From: Bacteroidaceae bacterium
GTDB lineage: Bacteria; Bacillota_I; Bacilli_A; RFN20; CAG-826
Length of the DNA stretch: 64,000 nucleotides
Direction of reading: 5' to 3'
Assembly: GCA_963624045.1 (NCBI GenBank)
Contig: CAVFNI010000006.1
Coordinates: 6,166-70,165 of the forward strand
Positions 18,221 to 28,192 of the stretch are shown here, one piece after another; position 1 is the first letter of the stretch, and each line of letters starts with the position of its first letter. Position numbers and translations under genes: made by a program. The notes beneath the pieces were generated by a model, which saw only the letters and a program-made list of their open reading frames with translations, was not told where the DNA came from and made no database searches.

Positions 18221-18246
18221 GGCTCGCCGCGATGCGGGCCTTTTTT
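18221..18246 (+). terminator. Intrinsic terminator after fba.
   Basis: GGCTCGC-cgcgat-GCGGGCC (7-bp stem with a G-U pair) followed by TTTTTTG. Confidence 0.6.
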
Positions 18247-18280
18247 GTCGGCAAAGAAGAACCGCTCGTTTCACTCTTTT

Positions 18281-18321
18281 TTGCAACGAGCAGACCTCGT
18301 TGCATTTTTGCTTGCAACGAG
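18281..18321 (+). promoter_or_regulatory. Leader element with three copies of the decamer TTGCAACGAG in direct-inverted-direct arrangement. The first pair forms a terminator-like hairpin followed by T5.
   Basis: TTGCAACGAG-cagac-CTCGTTGCA-TTTTTGC-TTGCAACGAG, immediately upstream of the RBS and ATG of the AlbA_2 gene. Alternative pairing of copy 3 with the inverted copy is possible. Confidence 0.4.
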
Positions 18322-18346
18322 ACATAATTTAAACGGAGGTAATCCA

Positions 18347-19600
18347 ATGGAAAAAGAAAACAAGCATCTAGAATACAAAGAAAACGCAACTAAATCCTAC
18401 CTTAAGACGGTATCGGCCTTCGCAAACTATCATACCGGCAGAATCGTGTTCGGTATCACCGACGATTATCAAATCCTGCCAATCAAAGACCAAAAAGCCT
18501 TCCGTGAAAACCTCGAAAATCAAATAAATGATTCGATCGCCCCCCAACCAGAATATTCTTTATCAAGCAACCAGGATGGCACAATCACCCTTGCGGTCTA
18601 TAAAGGAGAAAACCAACCATATCTATATCATGGTAAGGCCTTTAAAAGGAACGATACAGCAACAATAGAATGCGATGACTTAGAATTAAGAAGACTGATA
18701 CTTCTCGGCAAGAAAATCGACTATGAGACTTTGCCTTATAGCAAAGGGAGCCTTTCTTTTTCGTTCATTGGAACGCAATTAAAAAAGCGAATGGGGTTGG
18801 AAAATTTTTCGTTGGATACCTTAAAAACGCTTGAACTATATAGTGATAAGAGGGGCTATAACAACGCCGCCGCCTTACTTGCCGACACCAATTCCTTTCC
18901 TGGCCTAGATATTGCCGTATTTGGCGACAACGAAAACATTATAAAAGAACGGTATAGCTTCTTCGGGCGCTCATTGGTCGAGCAATATTTTTCCGCGATC
19001 GAAGTTTTCAAAAGATATTATTCGTACGAAGAGATCAGAGGCGCTCTCCGTGAAAAGAAGGTTTTGATTCCGGAAGAAGCTTTTCGTGAAACCATTGCCA
19101 ATTCTTTGATTCACCGCACATATGACGTCAAAGCAAACACCAAAATAGCGATGTATCCTGACCACATTTTGGTTTCCTCACCAGGCGGACTACCAGTCGG
19201 AATCAACAAGGAGCAATACTTAGATGGCGATTTTTCAGTATTAAGAAACCCTATCATCGCCAATGTTTTTCATCGTCTTGGCATCGTGGAAGTCTTTGCA
19301 ACTGGAATAAACCGTATTAAGTCATCATATAAGACAAGCTATTCCAAACCAACATTCATCGTCAAAGACGATTCGATTGGAGTTCTTTTGCCATTAACGA
19401 AAAAAGAAACCGATTTAAGCGAAAACGAACAAAAAATCCTCGATAAAATGAAAAACGCCACCGCATATTCCAGACAAGAGCTTGAAAAAATGTCCTACTT
19501 AAGCAAACCATCGTTAATCAGGGCAATCAACAATCTAATTGATAAAGGAATTGTTTGCAAAATCGGTAAATCTTCCAAAACCGCCTATATTCGAAAATAA
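18347..19600 (+). CDS. Putative transcriptional regulator with an N-terminal Schlafen-like AlbA_2 (divergent AAA_4) domain and a C-terminal HATPase_c_4/HTH domain (COG2865 'RecG-like' regulator).
   Basis: Start at GGAGGT-N6-ATG (MEKENKHLEYKE). The HLEYKE, FANYHTGRIVFG and C-terminal wHTH-like segments are typical of this family. The ORF-track start at 18245 lies inside the leader hairpins. Confidence 0.6.
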   Translation: MEKENKHLEYKENATKSYLKTVSAFANYHTGRIVFGITDDYQILPIKDQKAFRENLENQINDSIAPQPEYSLSSNQDGTITLAVYKGENQPYLYHGKAFKRNDTATIECDDLELRRLILLGKKIDYETLPYSKGSLSFSFIGTQLKKRMGLENFSLDTLKTLELYSDKRGYNNAAALLADTNSFPGLDIAVFGDNENIIKERYSFFGRSLVEQYFSAIEVFKRYYSYEEIRGALREKKVLIPEEAFRETIANSLIHRTYDVKANTKIAMYPDHILVSSPGGLPVGINKEQYLDGDFSVLRNPIIANVFHRLGIVEVFATGINRIKSSYKTSYSKPTFIVKDDSIGVLLPLTKKETDLSENEQKILDKMKNATAYSRQELEKMSYLSKPSLIRAINNLIDKGIVCKIGKSSKTAYIRK

Positions 19601-19809
19601 CAGTCGCGTCCATAAATGGATTTGAGCGCAAATAAACATCTAGAAATAAATATCCTTATAACGACATTTTCAATTAACCGATTTGACAGCCATTTCCCTA
19701 TGTGCTACTTTAATAGTGAAGCCACGGCTTCAAAGAGCGCTTTATTTTCTACACCGACTGTCAATTGGGGCTAGAACAGGAGGTGATGGCTAGTTGATAA
19801 GGCGCTCTT

Positions 19810-19851
19810 TTTTAATGAAAACCCTTCGTTGGCGATAGGCTAACGAAGGGG
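19810..19851 (-). terminator. Intrinsic terminator downstream of pepF, in the convergent intergenic region.
   Basis: Minus strand: CCCTTCGTT-agcctatcgcc-AACGAAGGG followed by TTTTCATTAAAAAAG. Confidence 0.65.
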
Positions 19852-19861
19852 TGATGTAGCA

Positions 19862-21568
19862 TTAATCGACGTTATAGGAGGATAAAATCTTCTTTAAAGG
19901 AGTAATCGTCTTTTTTAAGACGCCATCATCGAAAGGCACTTTAAGGCCATCCTTCCTCACCAATTCGCAGAAAGGATATTTTCCGCCCATCTTGCAAAGC
20001 TTGAGGTATTTCTTCCAGGCTTTTTCGTGGTTCTTGCGATCGAGGATAAAGAATTGGAAGGCCAACACCTGAGCCAAGGTGTAGTCGATGTAATAGAAGG
20101 GGCTAGTGAAGATATGCGATTGGGTTAGCCAACGATGGCCGCTATACATATATGGGCAATCCTTTTCCGCCTCCACTTTCCAAGGGGTGTATTTAAGCTC
20201 CAATTGATGCCATTTCTCATCGCGCTCAGCAGGCGAGGCGTCAGGGTTTTCATAAACCCAATGCTGGAATTCGTCGACCGTCACGCCATAAGGCAAGAAG
20301 GAAATCGAATCGGCCAAATGGACATATCGATATCTTTCTGGCGAATCAAAGAAGAGATCCATATACGGCTCAGCAAAGAATTCCATCGACATCGAATCGA
20401 TTTCGCAGCTTTCCATCGTCGGCATGCGATATTCGGGAATCTTGATGTTGCGGGCCATATAGGCTTGGAAACTATGGCCGAATTCATGGGTCAAGACGTC
20501 AACATCGCCGCTCGTGCCATTGAAATTAGAGAAGATGATCGGGCATTTATGGACGGGGAAATAAGTCATATAGCCACCGCTTTGCTTGCCTGGTTTAGCG
20601 TCTAAGAACATCAAATGATGCTCATCCATGAAACGGAAGAAGAAAGAGGTATCAGGCGATAAAGCATCATACATCTTTTTAGCGGCTTCCACTTTCTCGG
20701 CAGTGCTTCCCTTAGGCAAGGGATTGCCATCGACGAAATGCACGCCCATATCGGTGATGTGCGGTTCTTTGATTCCTAAGTGCTTAAGTTGTTTCTTGAC
20801 GATGTCGCCAACGAAAGGGGTAACGACTTCTTGGATTTGCTTGCGGTAATTGGCTACCATTTCGGCGTTATAATCGAAACGGTTCATTCTAATATAACCG
20901 AGTTCAACGTAATTCTTATAACCAAGTTTCTTGGCCATTTGATCGCGGACTTTGACTAATTCGTCATAAATTCCTTCCAATTCGTCTTTTCTCGTCTCTA
21001 GATACCCGTAATACGCCTCTTCCGCCTCTAAACGGGTTTGGCGATCTTTGTCGGAGAGGAATTTCCCCATCTGCGGCAAATTATAAGTTTCATTGCGGAA
21101 AGGAACCTTAATGGAGGCGATGGCCGCATCGTAACGCATCTGCAATTCGTTTTCCTTTTGGGCTTCCTCCACCACCCTTTCGTCGAAGGCTTTAAGAGAA
21201 TATTCGTACATGGTAAAGAGGAAAGACCCCAATTTCTCCTCAAGCTCTTTGCGGTAAGGCGAAGCGACGAATAATTTGGTGAATCCTTGCATCTCCAAAG
21301 AAATAAGAGGGAGCATCTCATTGATTTTGTTCATCGCCTTCTCATATTTCTTATTGGTTGTCTCCAAGCTGAAGAGGACTTGGATATGTGTGATATCGTC
21401 GGTTATCTTATCGTTTAATTTGCTCATCTTCTTATAAGCGAGCAAGCTCTCTTGGGCGTTTTTAGCTTCCTTAAGCTCCGTGATGATGGACGACATCTTT
21501 TTCTTGATGCCTTCTAGTGAAGGGACATGGAAGGTCCAATCCTCGAATTTCTGTAATTCTTTTGCCAT
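19862..21568 (-). CDS. pepF: Oligoendopeptidase F (M3B metallopeptidase).
   Basis: 568 aa with zinc-binding motif HEFGH. Confidence 0.9.
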   Translation of the reverse strand: MAKELQKFEDWTFHVPSLEGIKKKMSSIITELKEAKNAQESLLAYKKMSKLNDKITDDITHIQVLFSLETTNKKYEKAMNKINEMLPLISLEMQGFTKLFVASPYRKELEEKLGSFLFTMYEYSLKAFDERVVEEAQKENELQMRYDAAIASIKVPFRNETYNLPQMGKFLSDKDRQTRLEAEEAYYGYLETRKDELEGIYDELVKVRDQMAKKLGYKNYVELGYIRMNRFDYNAEMVANYRKQIQEVVTPFVGDIVKKQLKHLGIKEPHITDMGVHFVDGNPLPKGSTAEKVEAAKKMYDALSPDTSFFFRFMDEHHLMFLDAKPGKQSGGYMTYFPVHKCPIIFSNFNGTSGDVDVLTHEFGHSFQAYMARNIKIPEYRMPTMESCEIDSMSMEFFAEPYMDLFFDSPERYRYVHLADSISFLPYGVTVDEFQHWVYENPDASPAERDEKWHQLELKYTPWKVEAEKDCPYMYSGHRWLTQSHIFTSPFYYIDYTLAQVLAFQFFILDRKNHEKAWKKYLKLCKMGGKYPFCELVRKDGLKVPFDDGVLKKTITPLKKILSSYNVD

Positions 21569-21572
21569 AATT

Positions 21573-21944
21573 TTATTTCCTTTCTATTTTCCTAAATTGA
21601 ATGTCCTTCGCCTTATTTGCCTTTCTTTTGTTTAAAGTCATCGGCAAGATCGGAAGCACTTCGTCCGATAGTCGCAAGAAACCGCCATTCTTGGCGGTCG
21701 TATAATCGCAAACGAGATATCCATGCCGCTTTAAAGTGGCAATCATGAGTTTGATGGATTTCGATTTCTTACTTGGCAAATAGCCAAAGGAATCCGCTTC
21801 CCATAAAACGAATGGCACAGTGGCCGAACCGGTGAGCAACGACACCAAGCCGTCTTCGTTCATCTCGTATCCTAAGCGATACGCTTCGGCAACGGCGAAG
21901 AGGAGATGAATATGTCGAAGGGGTATCTTTCTCTTCTTCTCCAT
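21573..21944 (-). CDS. Hypothetical protein.
   Basis: Start moved to the internal MEKKRK so that it does not overlap the divergent nfu gene. 124 aa, basic, with no recognisable motif. Confidence 0.4.
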   Translation of the reverse strand: MEKKRKIPLRHIHLLFAVAEAYRLGYEMNEDGLVSLLTGSATVPFVLWEADSFGYLPSKKSKSIKLMIATLKRHGYLVCDYTTAKNGGFLRLSDEVLPILPMTLNKRKANKAKDIQFRKIERK

Positions 21945-22047
21945 GCACGGATTATAAAGCAAAACGAAGATAATGAAACGCGAAAAAGAAGGAAAGACAT
22001 CGTATTTCTTGAAAGGATGATGGCAGGAAACTAGAATACAAGGCGTT

Positions 22048-22344
22048 ATGGAAGACATCGAAAGACAAATCGACATCGTATTAGACAAAATCCGCCCTTT
22101 CTTGCAACGGGAAGGCGGCGATGTGGAATTGATCGGTTTCAAAGATGGCGTCGTCTACATTCGAATGGTTGGCGCGTGCGAAGGCTGCGCCTATGTCGAT
22201 CAGGATATTTCTAGCGGCGTCGAAGTAATCTTAATGGAAGAGGTACCTGGAATCATTCGTTGCGACGCATCGATGAATGTGCCGGAAGACGTCATGAATG
22301 CATATATCGAACGAAAAAAGCAAGAAAATAGCGACAATATATAA
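22048..22344 (+). CDS. NifU-like Fe-S cluster carrier (Nfu-type).
   Basis: 98 aa. The CxxC motif GACEGCAY sits in an Nfu/NifU C-terminal fold. Confidence 0.8.
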   Translation: MEDIERQIDIVLDKIRPFLQREGGDVELIGFKDGVVYIRMVGACEGCAYVDQDISSGVEVILMEEVPGIIRCDASMNVPEDVMNAYIERKKQENSDNI

Positions 22345-22373
22345 AAAACGGGCTTAAAAAAGCCTGTTTTTTA
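22343..22373. terminator. Bidirectional terminator shared by nfu and the convergent suhB-like gene.
   Basis: AAAAAA-CGGGCTT-aaaa-AAGCCTG-TTTTTTAT. The suhB stop codon lies within the stem. Confidence 0.65.
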
Positions 22374-23136
22374 TATCGTTAAGCAGAATATAGCCATCAT
22401 GATTATAGACATCGTCGCGGTTATACGCATAATGACTGCCATCGGGTTTTATCATATATCCGCCCGCTTCAGTGACGATGAGATCGCCAGGCGCGACGTC
22501 CCACTCCTTAGTGCCGCCGCTAAAACGATAAAACATATCGGCCTCGCCTTTAGCGATGGCTAAGAATTTGGTGGCAGCCCCTAGAATTCGCACTTCGGCG
22601 ATTTCTTTTTCATGGCGCTTAATCAATTCCTTTTCCTTCTCCACGGAGAAGCTTCTAGACAAGAGGCAAATGTAAGGAGGGGTATTTCGCTTGCTGGCCG
22701 ATAAGCGGCGTAATTTGCCATCTTTGTTTCTAAGATACGCCCCTTCTCCTTTAATGGCGTAAGACAATTCGCCCTTCACGGGGACGTTAATCACTCCCAC
22801 GACGATCTCATGCTTATATGCCAAAGCAATGTTGGTGGTGAATTCATCGTTATGATGGACGAATTCCTGGGTGCCATCCACTGGATCGACGATGAAGACA
22901 TAATCGTTAGAAAGCCTCTCTTTAGTGTCTTTGCTCTCCTCCGTCAAGAAGGCGTATTCAGGGAATTTCGTATGAAGATAGGTACGGATAATGGCATCGG
23001 CCTCTTTGTCCGCTTTAGTGACCACCGAATGGTCTTCCTTCAAATCGACGGCGAAATCAGTATGGTATATCTCCAATATCCTCTTTTGGGCCAAAAGGGC
23101 CGCTTCTTGCATCGCTTCTAATTCTTTTTCCCACAT
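22354..23136 (-). CDS. Inositol monophosphatase-family protein.
   Basis: IMPase motifs DPVDGT and WDVAPG. Start at MWEKELE with GGAG 8 nt upstream. The upstream HAD gene's stop TGA overlaps ATGAATATG. Confidence 0.85.
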   Translation of the reverse strand: MWEKELEAMQEAALLAQKRILEIYHTDFAVDLKEDHSVVTKADKEADAIIRTYLHTKFPEYAFLTEESKDTKERLSNDYVFIVDPVDGTQEFVHHNDEFTTNIALAYKHEIVVGVINVPVKGELSYAIKGEGAYLRNKDGKLRRLSASKRNTPPYICLLSRSFSVEKEKELIKRHEKEIAEVRILGAATKFLAIAKGEADMFYRFSGGTKEWDVAPGDLIVTEAGGYMIKPDGSHYAYNRDDVYNHDGYILLNDIKNRLF

Positions 23137-23138
23137 AT

Positions 23139-23936
23139 TCATTGCTCCAAAAACCAATTGTTTATTGCATAAGATACGCCGTCATCGTGACAAGAAAGGG
23201 TCACTTTCTTAGCCACGGCTTGGCATTCAGGGGTGGCGTTGCCCATGGCAATGCCATAAAAATCCTTAAGCATTTTGACATCATTGCCTTCGTCGCCGAA
23301 AGTCACGATGTCATTATAATCGCTCACGCCAATTAACGAGGCCAATTGAGTTATGCCATAGGCTTTATCGACTTTCTTTTCCATATATTCACAAAACCTC
23401 GGGGTGCTTCTGACGCTAGTCAAATCCTTCGGAGCAGGATGATTCATCAAATCGCTAACGAGGGCAATATCCTCACTTACCGCCATGAATTTCATGATTC
23501 GATCAGATGGCTTCAAAGGATTTTCCTTAAGCAAACGGACCTGAACATTATTCCAAATCCGCTCATTGCGAAGAGCCATGGAATCCTCAAATCCGCAAAC
23601 TTCGGTGGCGGTAAAGCAATAAATGTCCATTCCTTTTTCGATCAAAGGCAGATGGTCGTTATGGAATTTCTCAAAGACGGCGAAGGGAAAGCCATTATCG
23701 TATATGAGTTTCCCCTTGTTATCGTAAACAGCCGCCCCATTCAAGGAGACAGCGTAAAGCCTCTCTTGAATCAAAGGTTTTAAAAAAGGCGCTATGCCGC
23801 TATAAGGACGACCGCTGGCGATCGTGACGAAATGGCCTCTTTTTTGCAAATTCCTAATCGCATCAATAGTCGACTGCCGAAAGGAACCTCCCGCTTCTAG
23901 GATTGTCCCGTCGATATCAAAACAGAATAATTTCAT
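23139..23936 (-). CDS. Cof-type HAD-IIB family hydrolase.
   Basis: Motif I FCFDIDGTIL. C-terminal GDEGNDVKML. Confidence 0.85.
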   Translation of the reverse strand: MKLFCFDIDGTILEAGGSFRQSTIDAIRNLQKRGHFVTIASGRPYSGIAPFLKPLIQERLYAVSLNGAAVYDNKGKLIYDNGFPFAVFEKFHNDHLPLIEKGMDIYCFTATEVCGFEDSMALRNERIWNNVQVRLLKENPLKPSDRIMKFMAVSEDIALVSDLMNHPAPKDLTSVRSTPRFCEYMEKKVDKAYGITQLASLIGVSDYNDIVTFGDEGNDVKMLKDFYGIAMGNATPECQAVAKKVTLSCHDDGVSYAINNWFLEQ

Positions 23937-23953
23937 ATTTTTCCCATAATTAC

Positions 23954-23983
23954 AAAAAAGAAGCTTTGCAGCTTCCTTTTTTT
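23954..23983. terminator. Bidirectional intrinsic terminator.
   Basis: AAAAAA-GAAGC-tttgca-GCTTC-CTTTTTTT. Confidence 0.5.
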
Positions 23984-23996
23984 CGTTCTCGTTAAT

Positions 23997-24227
23997 TTAT
24001 TTGAACCAGAACGGATAATCGAAAAGAAGAATGCAGACGATATCGAGGATCCATCCGACAGTTCCTGCCGCGATAATCCAAAGAATCGCTAAGATTAATT
24101 GAATCGCGCTGCCATTCTTAATGGATTTGGCAATACGCCAAATGGCCCACGTGATATCGAGGATCCAAAGGCAAAGAACGACCTTAAGCCATTTCGGATT
24201 CTTTTCCATCCACTTGCAATATCCCAT
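23997..24227 (-). CDS. Small two-TM membrane protein (hypothetical).
   Basis: Start at GGAG-N7-ATG (MGYCKWMEKNPK). Two hydrophobic helices. Confidence 0.45.
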   Translation of the reverse strand: MGYCKWMEKNPKWLKVVLCLWILDITWAIWRIAKSIKNGSAIQLILAILWIIAAGTVGWILDIVCILLFDYPFWFK

Positions 24228-24336
24228 TTTTGTACTCCTTCCTAGAACAATTATACTCAATCAGACGTTTTGTTTAAGAAAATGCGTTAACAATTTTCAC
24301 GATAGACAAAAAGCAAAAACGAAAACATGGAAAGCG

Positions 24337-24768
24337 TTATTTCACGCCCAAAGAAGAAAGGGTTTCTTCGGGAGCTTTTTCTTCCAAGCCTTCTTCAGAA
24401 GAAGGCATCCCCTCTTCATCGGGTTCCAATAATTTGCCTTCGATTTCGGCGTTATATTCCTTCTCTTCCTTCTTATCCTCTTCGTCGTCGTCACTTTCGT
24501 CGACATCGGTGTAAACGTCATTGACGTCGATATGGACTTTATCGTAAGTATGGCGGGAGCGAAGGTCCCATTTATTGTCGGTCAAAGCGACGAAATGGCC
24601 ATCAAGGGTTAGTTGCGTGTAGAAATCGCCGATGCGCTCGTCGCGTTCCGCCTCATTCATGTCGAGAGCTTTGACCACGGCGTCATAAAGTTCTTGAAAA
24701 GTGAGCTCATGATTAGAAGCGGTCATCACTTCGTGGGCGACGTCAAGCATGCTTTTTTGGTTGTTCAT
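24337..24768 (-). CDS. rpoE: DNA-directed RNA polymerase delta subunit.
   Basis: N-terminal HARE-HTH (LTFQELYDAV...) and a long acidic D/E-rich C-terminal tail, characteristic of Firmicutes RpoE. Confidence 0.85.
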   Translation of the reverse strand: MNNQKSMLDVAHEVMTASNHELTFQELYDAVVKALDMNEAERDERIGDFYTQLTLDGHFVALTDNKWDLRSRHTYDKVHIDVNDVYTDVDESDDDEEDKKEEKEYNAEIEGKLLEPDEEGMPSSEEGLEEKAPEETLSSLGVK

Positions 24769-24795
24769 TTTTATTCTCCTAATTTTTAATCGTTT

Positions 24796-26424
24796 TTACA
24801 TCCGTTCAGGGGCGGATACGCCAATTATTGCCAAGGCATTACGCAAGACGATTTGACAAGCCTTGATCAGGGAGAGGCGGCTAGCCGTGCCCTTCTCGTC
24901 TATACGGTCGATGATCTTCGTCGAGGCGTAATATTCGTGGATCAATTGCGACAAACGGTCGATATAGCCAGCCACTTTATGCGGTGCCCTAGCCTTCGCC
25001 GCGCCCTCTATCATACTAGGAAAATCCATCAGTTGCTTCAAAATATCGTCTTCTTTTCCTTCGAGGAAGGCGTTTTCGTCATATTGGATACCAATATCGG
25101 CGCCTAACGCCAAAAGCGAAGAACAACGGGCATGCGCATATTGAGCGTAATAAACGGGGTTTTCTTTGCTATGGCTAGTTGCAAGATTCATATCGAAATC
25201 CAAATGGGTGTCGCCAGAACGGGCGCTAAAGAAATAACGAACGGCATCCTTCCCCACTTCGGCGACAAGTTCGCGGTGGGTGATCGATTTGCCGGTCCTT
25301 TTGCTCATTTTGACTTCTTGACCGTCACGATAAACACGAACCATCTGATAGATTTCCGCCTGCAAAATGTCGGGGGAGAAGCCCTTCATCATCATCGCGC
25401 TCTTCATACGGGCCACATAGCCATGATGGTCGGCCCCCAATAAATCAACGAGGAAATCATAACCGCGGGAAAGTTTCTCGTAGTGATAGCAAACATCGGG
25501 CATGAAATACGTATAGAGTCCATCTTTCTTGATGATCGGTCGGTCCTTATCATCCAAGAAAGCGCTCGTTTTTAGATATGTTGCGCCATCTTGCGTATAG
25601 ACATAGCCCGCTTCCTTAAGCTCTTCGATGGTTTTTTCGATGCGATTATTCTTCCGAATATCGGATTCATAGCTATAACGATCGAAGACCACTCCGAAAT
25701 CAAATAGATCTTTCTTGATTTTCGCAAGTTCATGATCGATGCCGAAACGGATGAAAAAATCATGACTTTCTTGATTATCTGCCAAATAACGATCGCCATA
25801 TTCCTTTTGTATTTCTTTGGCGATGTCGATCAGATCGACGCCATGGTAATCATCTTCCGCTAGGGAAAGCGGCTCGCCATAAAGCTCATGATAGCGCGCT
25901 CTAAGGGAATGGCCTAGATGCTCGACTTGGTTGCCGCAGTCGTTGACGTAATATTCGCGGGTGACATCATATCCAGCTTTCTTATATAAAGATGCCACCG
26001 CATCTCCCAAAGCGGCCCCGCGCGTATGACCCAAATGTAAATCACCCGTGGGATTGGCGCTCACGTATTCAACGTTTACCTTGACGCCTTTCTTTTTGCC
26101 ATCGCCATAAGCGTCCCCCGCTTGCAAAATTACTGGGATAATGGCGGAAAGAGCCGCTTTCTTCATGAAGAAATTAATGAAGCCAGGACCGGCGATTTCA
26201 ATTTTCTCAATGGCCGTCTCATCAATCTTCGTCACAATCTCCTTGGCGAAATCGAGAGGGGTTTTACCGTGCTTTTTGGCAAATTTCAAAGCGAAATTGC
26301 TGGCATAATCGCCATGAAGAGGGTCTTTCGAGCGATCGATTTTAATTTCCGATACAGGGATGTCGTATCCATTAAGCGAGGCGGCTTTTGCTAGCGCCTC
26401 CATCAATAAATTTTCGTTATTCAT
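24796..26424 (-). CDS. argS: Arginine--tRNA ligase.
   Basis: HIGH motif variant (PTGDLHLGH), KMSKR motif, DALR anticodon-binding domain. Start at MNNENLL with GGAG 7 nt upstream. Confidence 0.93.
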   Translation of the reverse strand: MNNENLLMEALAKAASLNGYDIPVSEIKIDRSKDPLHGDYASNFALKFAKKHGKTPLDFAKEIVTKIDETAIEKIEIAGPGFINFFMKKAALSAIIPVILQAGDAYGDGKKKGVKVNVEYVSANPTGDLHLGHTRGAALGDAVASLYKKAGYDVTREYYVNDCGNQVEHLGHSLRARYHELYGEPLSLAEDDYHGVDLIDIAKEIQKEYGDRYLADNQESHDFFIRFGIDHELAKIKKDLFDFGVVFDRYSYESDIRKNNRIEKTIEELKEAGYVYTQDGATYLKTSAFLDDKDRPIIKKDGLYTYFMPDVCYHYEKLSRGYDFLVDLLGADHHGYVARMKSAMMMKGFSPDILQAEIYQMVRVYRDGQEVKMSKRTGKSITHRELVAEVGKDAVRYFFSARSGDTHLDFDMNLATSHSKENPVYYAQYAHARCSSLLALGADIGIQYDENAFLEGKEDDILKQLMDFPSMIEGAAKARAPHKVAGYIDRLSQLIHEYYASTKIIDRIDEKGTASRLSLIKACQIVLRNALAIIGVSAPERM

Positions 26425-26908
26425 TTCCATTCTCCTTGCATACCAATATCGTGGCAATGGCTTTGATGGCCTCCTTCTTGCCGACGGCGTCAAGGCCTTC
26501 GTTAGTCATCGCCTTAATGGAGATATCGTCAATCTTAATCCCTAACAAAGAGGCGATGTTTTGACGCATCGTCAAGATATATCCCGATAAATGCGGTTCT
26601 TCGGCGCAAATAGACGAATCGATATTCGTAAGTCGATAGCCTTGCTGACAAACGATGTCATAGCACTTCTTTAAGATGATGGAACTAGAAATCCCCTCGG
26701 TGCTCGGATCGGAAGGCGGAAAGAGGGCGCCGATATCACCTTGGGCCACGCTCCCTAACAAAGCGTCGCTAATCGCATGATAAAGAACATCGGCATCGCT
26801 ATGCCCTAATAACCCTTTAGAATATGGAATGCTTACCCCACCAATAATCAAAGGGCGCCCTGCCACTAAAACGTGGATATCCTCGCCATAACCAATTCGA
26901 AATTCCAT
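26417..26908 (-). CDS. ispF: 2-C-methyl-D-erythritol 2,4-cyclodiphosphate synthase.
   Basis: 163 aa with IspF motifs (GYGEDIH, HSDADV). Confidence 0.9.
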   Translation of the reverse strand: MEFRIGYGEDIHVLVAGRPLIIGGVSIPYSKGLLGHSDADVLYHAISDALLGSVAQGDIGALFPPSDPSTEGISSSIILKKCYDIVCQQGYRLTNIDSSICAEEPHLSGYILTMRQNIASLLGIKIDDISIKAMTNEGLDAVGKKEAIKAIATILVCKENGNE

Positions 26909-26909
26909 C

Positions 26910-28076
26910 TTATTTGCTCACATTAAAACGGAAAAAGACGATATCGCCGTCTTTCATCGGGTATTCTTTCCCTTCGCTTCGCATCTTGCCCGCCTCTTTG
27001 ACGGCCACTTCGACTTTCTGTCCCAAAGGGGCGTCCCCTTCCTTCATCGGAAAGGATTTGCTCGCTTCGTAAAAATCGGCGAAGGAATAAACCTCAGCGC
27101 GGATAAATCCTTTTTCGAAATCGCTATGGATAACACCGGCACATGATGGGGCCAACATCCCATTGCGGAAGGTCCACGCCCGGCATTCGTCGCTTCCGCA
27201 CGTTAGGAAAGTCGATAAATTCAAAAGCTTATAGGCCGCTTTAACCAATTTATCCAAGCCAGATTCGGTTTGTCCCATCGATTCAAGAAAATCCTTCTTA
27301 TCAGAGAGATTATCAAGTTGGGATATCTCATATTCGATTTGGCAGGACAACGGAATCACAATAGCCCCTTCATCGTTAGCCTTCTTCGTGACCGCTTGAT
27401 AATATTTAGAAGCGGATAAATCGGCATAATCATCAGCAGCCACGTTAGCGACATATAAAATCGGCTTCAACGACAAAAGGAAGAAATTCTTTTTGGCATA
27501 GGCCAATTGTTCATCGCTTAGGCCTTTGACTAAACGAGCTGACTTGCCCTCCTCCAAAACGGACTTGAGGGCGGTTAGAATCGGCATTTCGTAGATGGCT
27601 TCTTTATCATGAGCGATACGCGCACGAGTTTCTTGCTTGGCGATTCGAGCATTAACCGAATCCAAATCGGCCATCGAAAGTTCCAAATCAATGACTTCGA
27701 TATCGTTAATGGGATCGACCGGTTCGTCGTTATAGCGCAAGACAGAAGGGTTTTCGAAACAACGAACCACTTCCACAATCGCATCGCATTCTCTGATGGC
27801 CGCCAAAAACTGATTTCCTAAACCTTCGCCTTTGGAGGCGCCTTTGACAAGCCCGGCGATATCATAAAATTCAAATGTGGCGTTAATTTTTTTCTTAGGG
27901 GCAAAATATTTGGTCAAATAATCGAGTCTTTCATCGGGTACCGTCACCACGCCGGTGTTGGGGTTGATGGTGGCAAAAGGATAATTCTCCGCCAAGACGT
28001 GCGAATTGGTGATCGCATTAAACAAAGTCGATTTGCCAACATTGGGTAAACCGACAATTCCTGCTTTAAGTGCCAT
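26910..28076 (-). CDS. ychF: Ribosome-binding ATPase YchF (Obg-family GTPase).
   Basis: G1 motif GLPNVGKST, TGS domain, C-terminal GDIVFFRFNV. Confidence 0.92.
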   Translation of the reverse strand: MALKAGIVGLPNVGKSTLFNAITNSHVLAENYPFATINPNTGVVTVPDERLDYLTKYFAPKKKINATFEFYDIAGLVKGASKGEGLGNQFLAAIRECDAIVEVVRCFENPSVLRYNDEPVDPINDIEVIDLELSMADLDSVNARIAKQETRARIAHDKEAIYEMPILTALKSVLEEGKSARLVKGLSDEQLAYAKKNFFLLSLKPILYVANVAADDYADLSASKYYQAVTKKANDEGAIVIPLSCQIEYEISQLDNLSDKKDFLESMGQTESGLDKLVKAAYKLLNLSTFLTCGSDECRAWTFRNGMLAPSCAGVIHSDFEKGFIRAEVYSFADFYEASKSFPMKEGDAPLGQKVEVAVKEAGKMRSEGKEYPMKDGDIVFFRFNVSK

Positions 28077-28100
28077 AAATACCTTCTACTTCCGTTTCGT

Positions 28101-28117
28101 TAGAGATTATATCTCTA
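28101..28117. promoter_or_regulatory. 7-3-7 inverted repeat TAGAGAT-tat-ATCTCTA in the ychF upstream region.
   Basis: Seen directly in the sequence. Function unknown. Confidence 0.25.
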
Positions 28118-28142
28118 GATAACGTCCATTCAAACACGAAAA

Positions 28143-28176
28143 AACATAATAAAAACCTCCGCGTAAGGCAGAGGTT
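28143..28176 (-). terminator. Intrinsic terminator after the cold-shock gene.
   Basis: Minus strand: AACCTC-tgccttacgcg-GAGGTT followed by TTTTATTATG. Confidence 0.6.
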
Positions 28177-28192
28177 CAGTCTTGTTCAACGA

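Noticed and set aside
18245-18346. ORF-track start of the AlbA_2 gene at 18245.
   Set aside because: This region contains the fba terminator and the repeat hairpins. A strong GGAGGT SD precedes the ATG at 18347.
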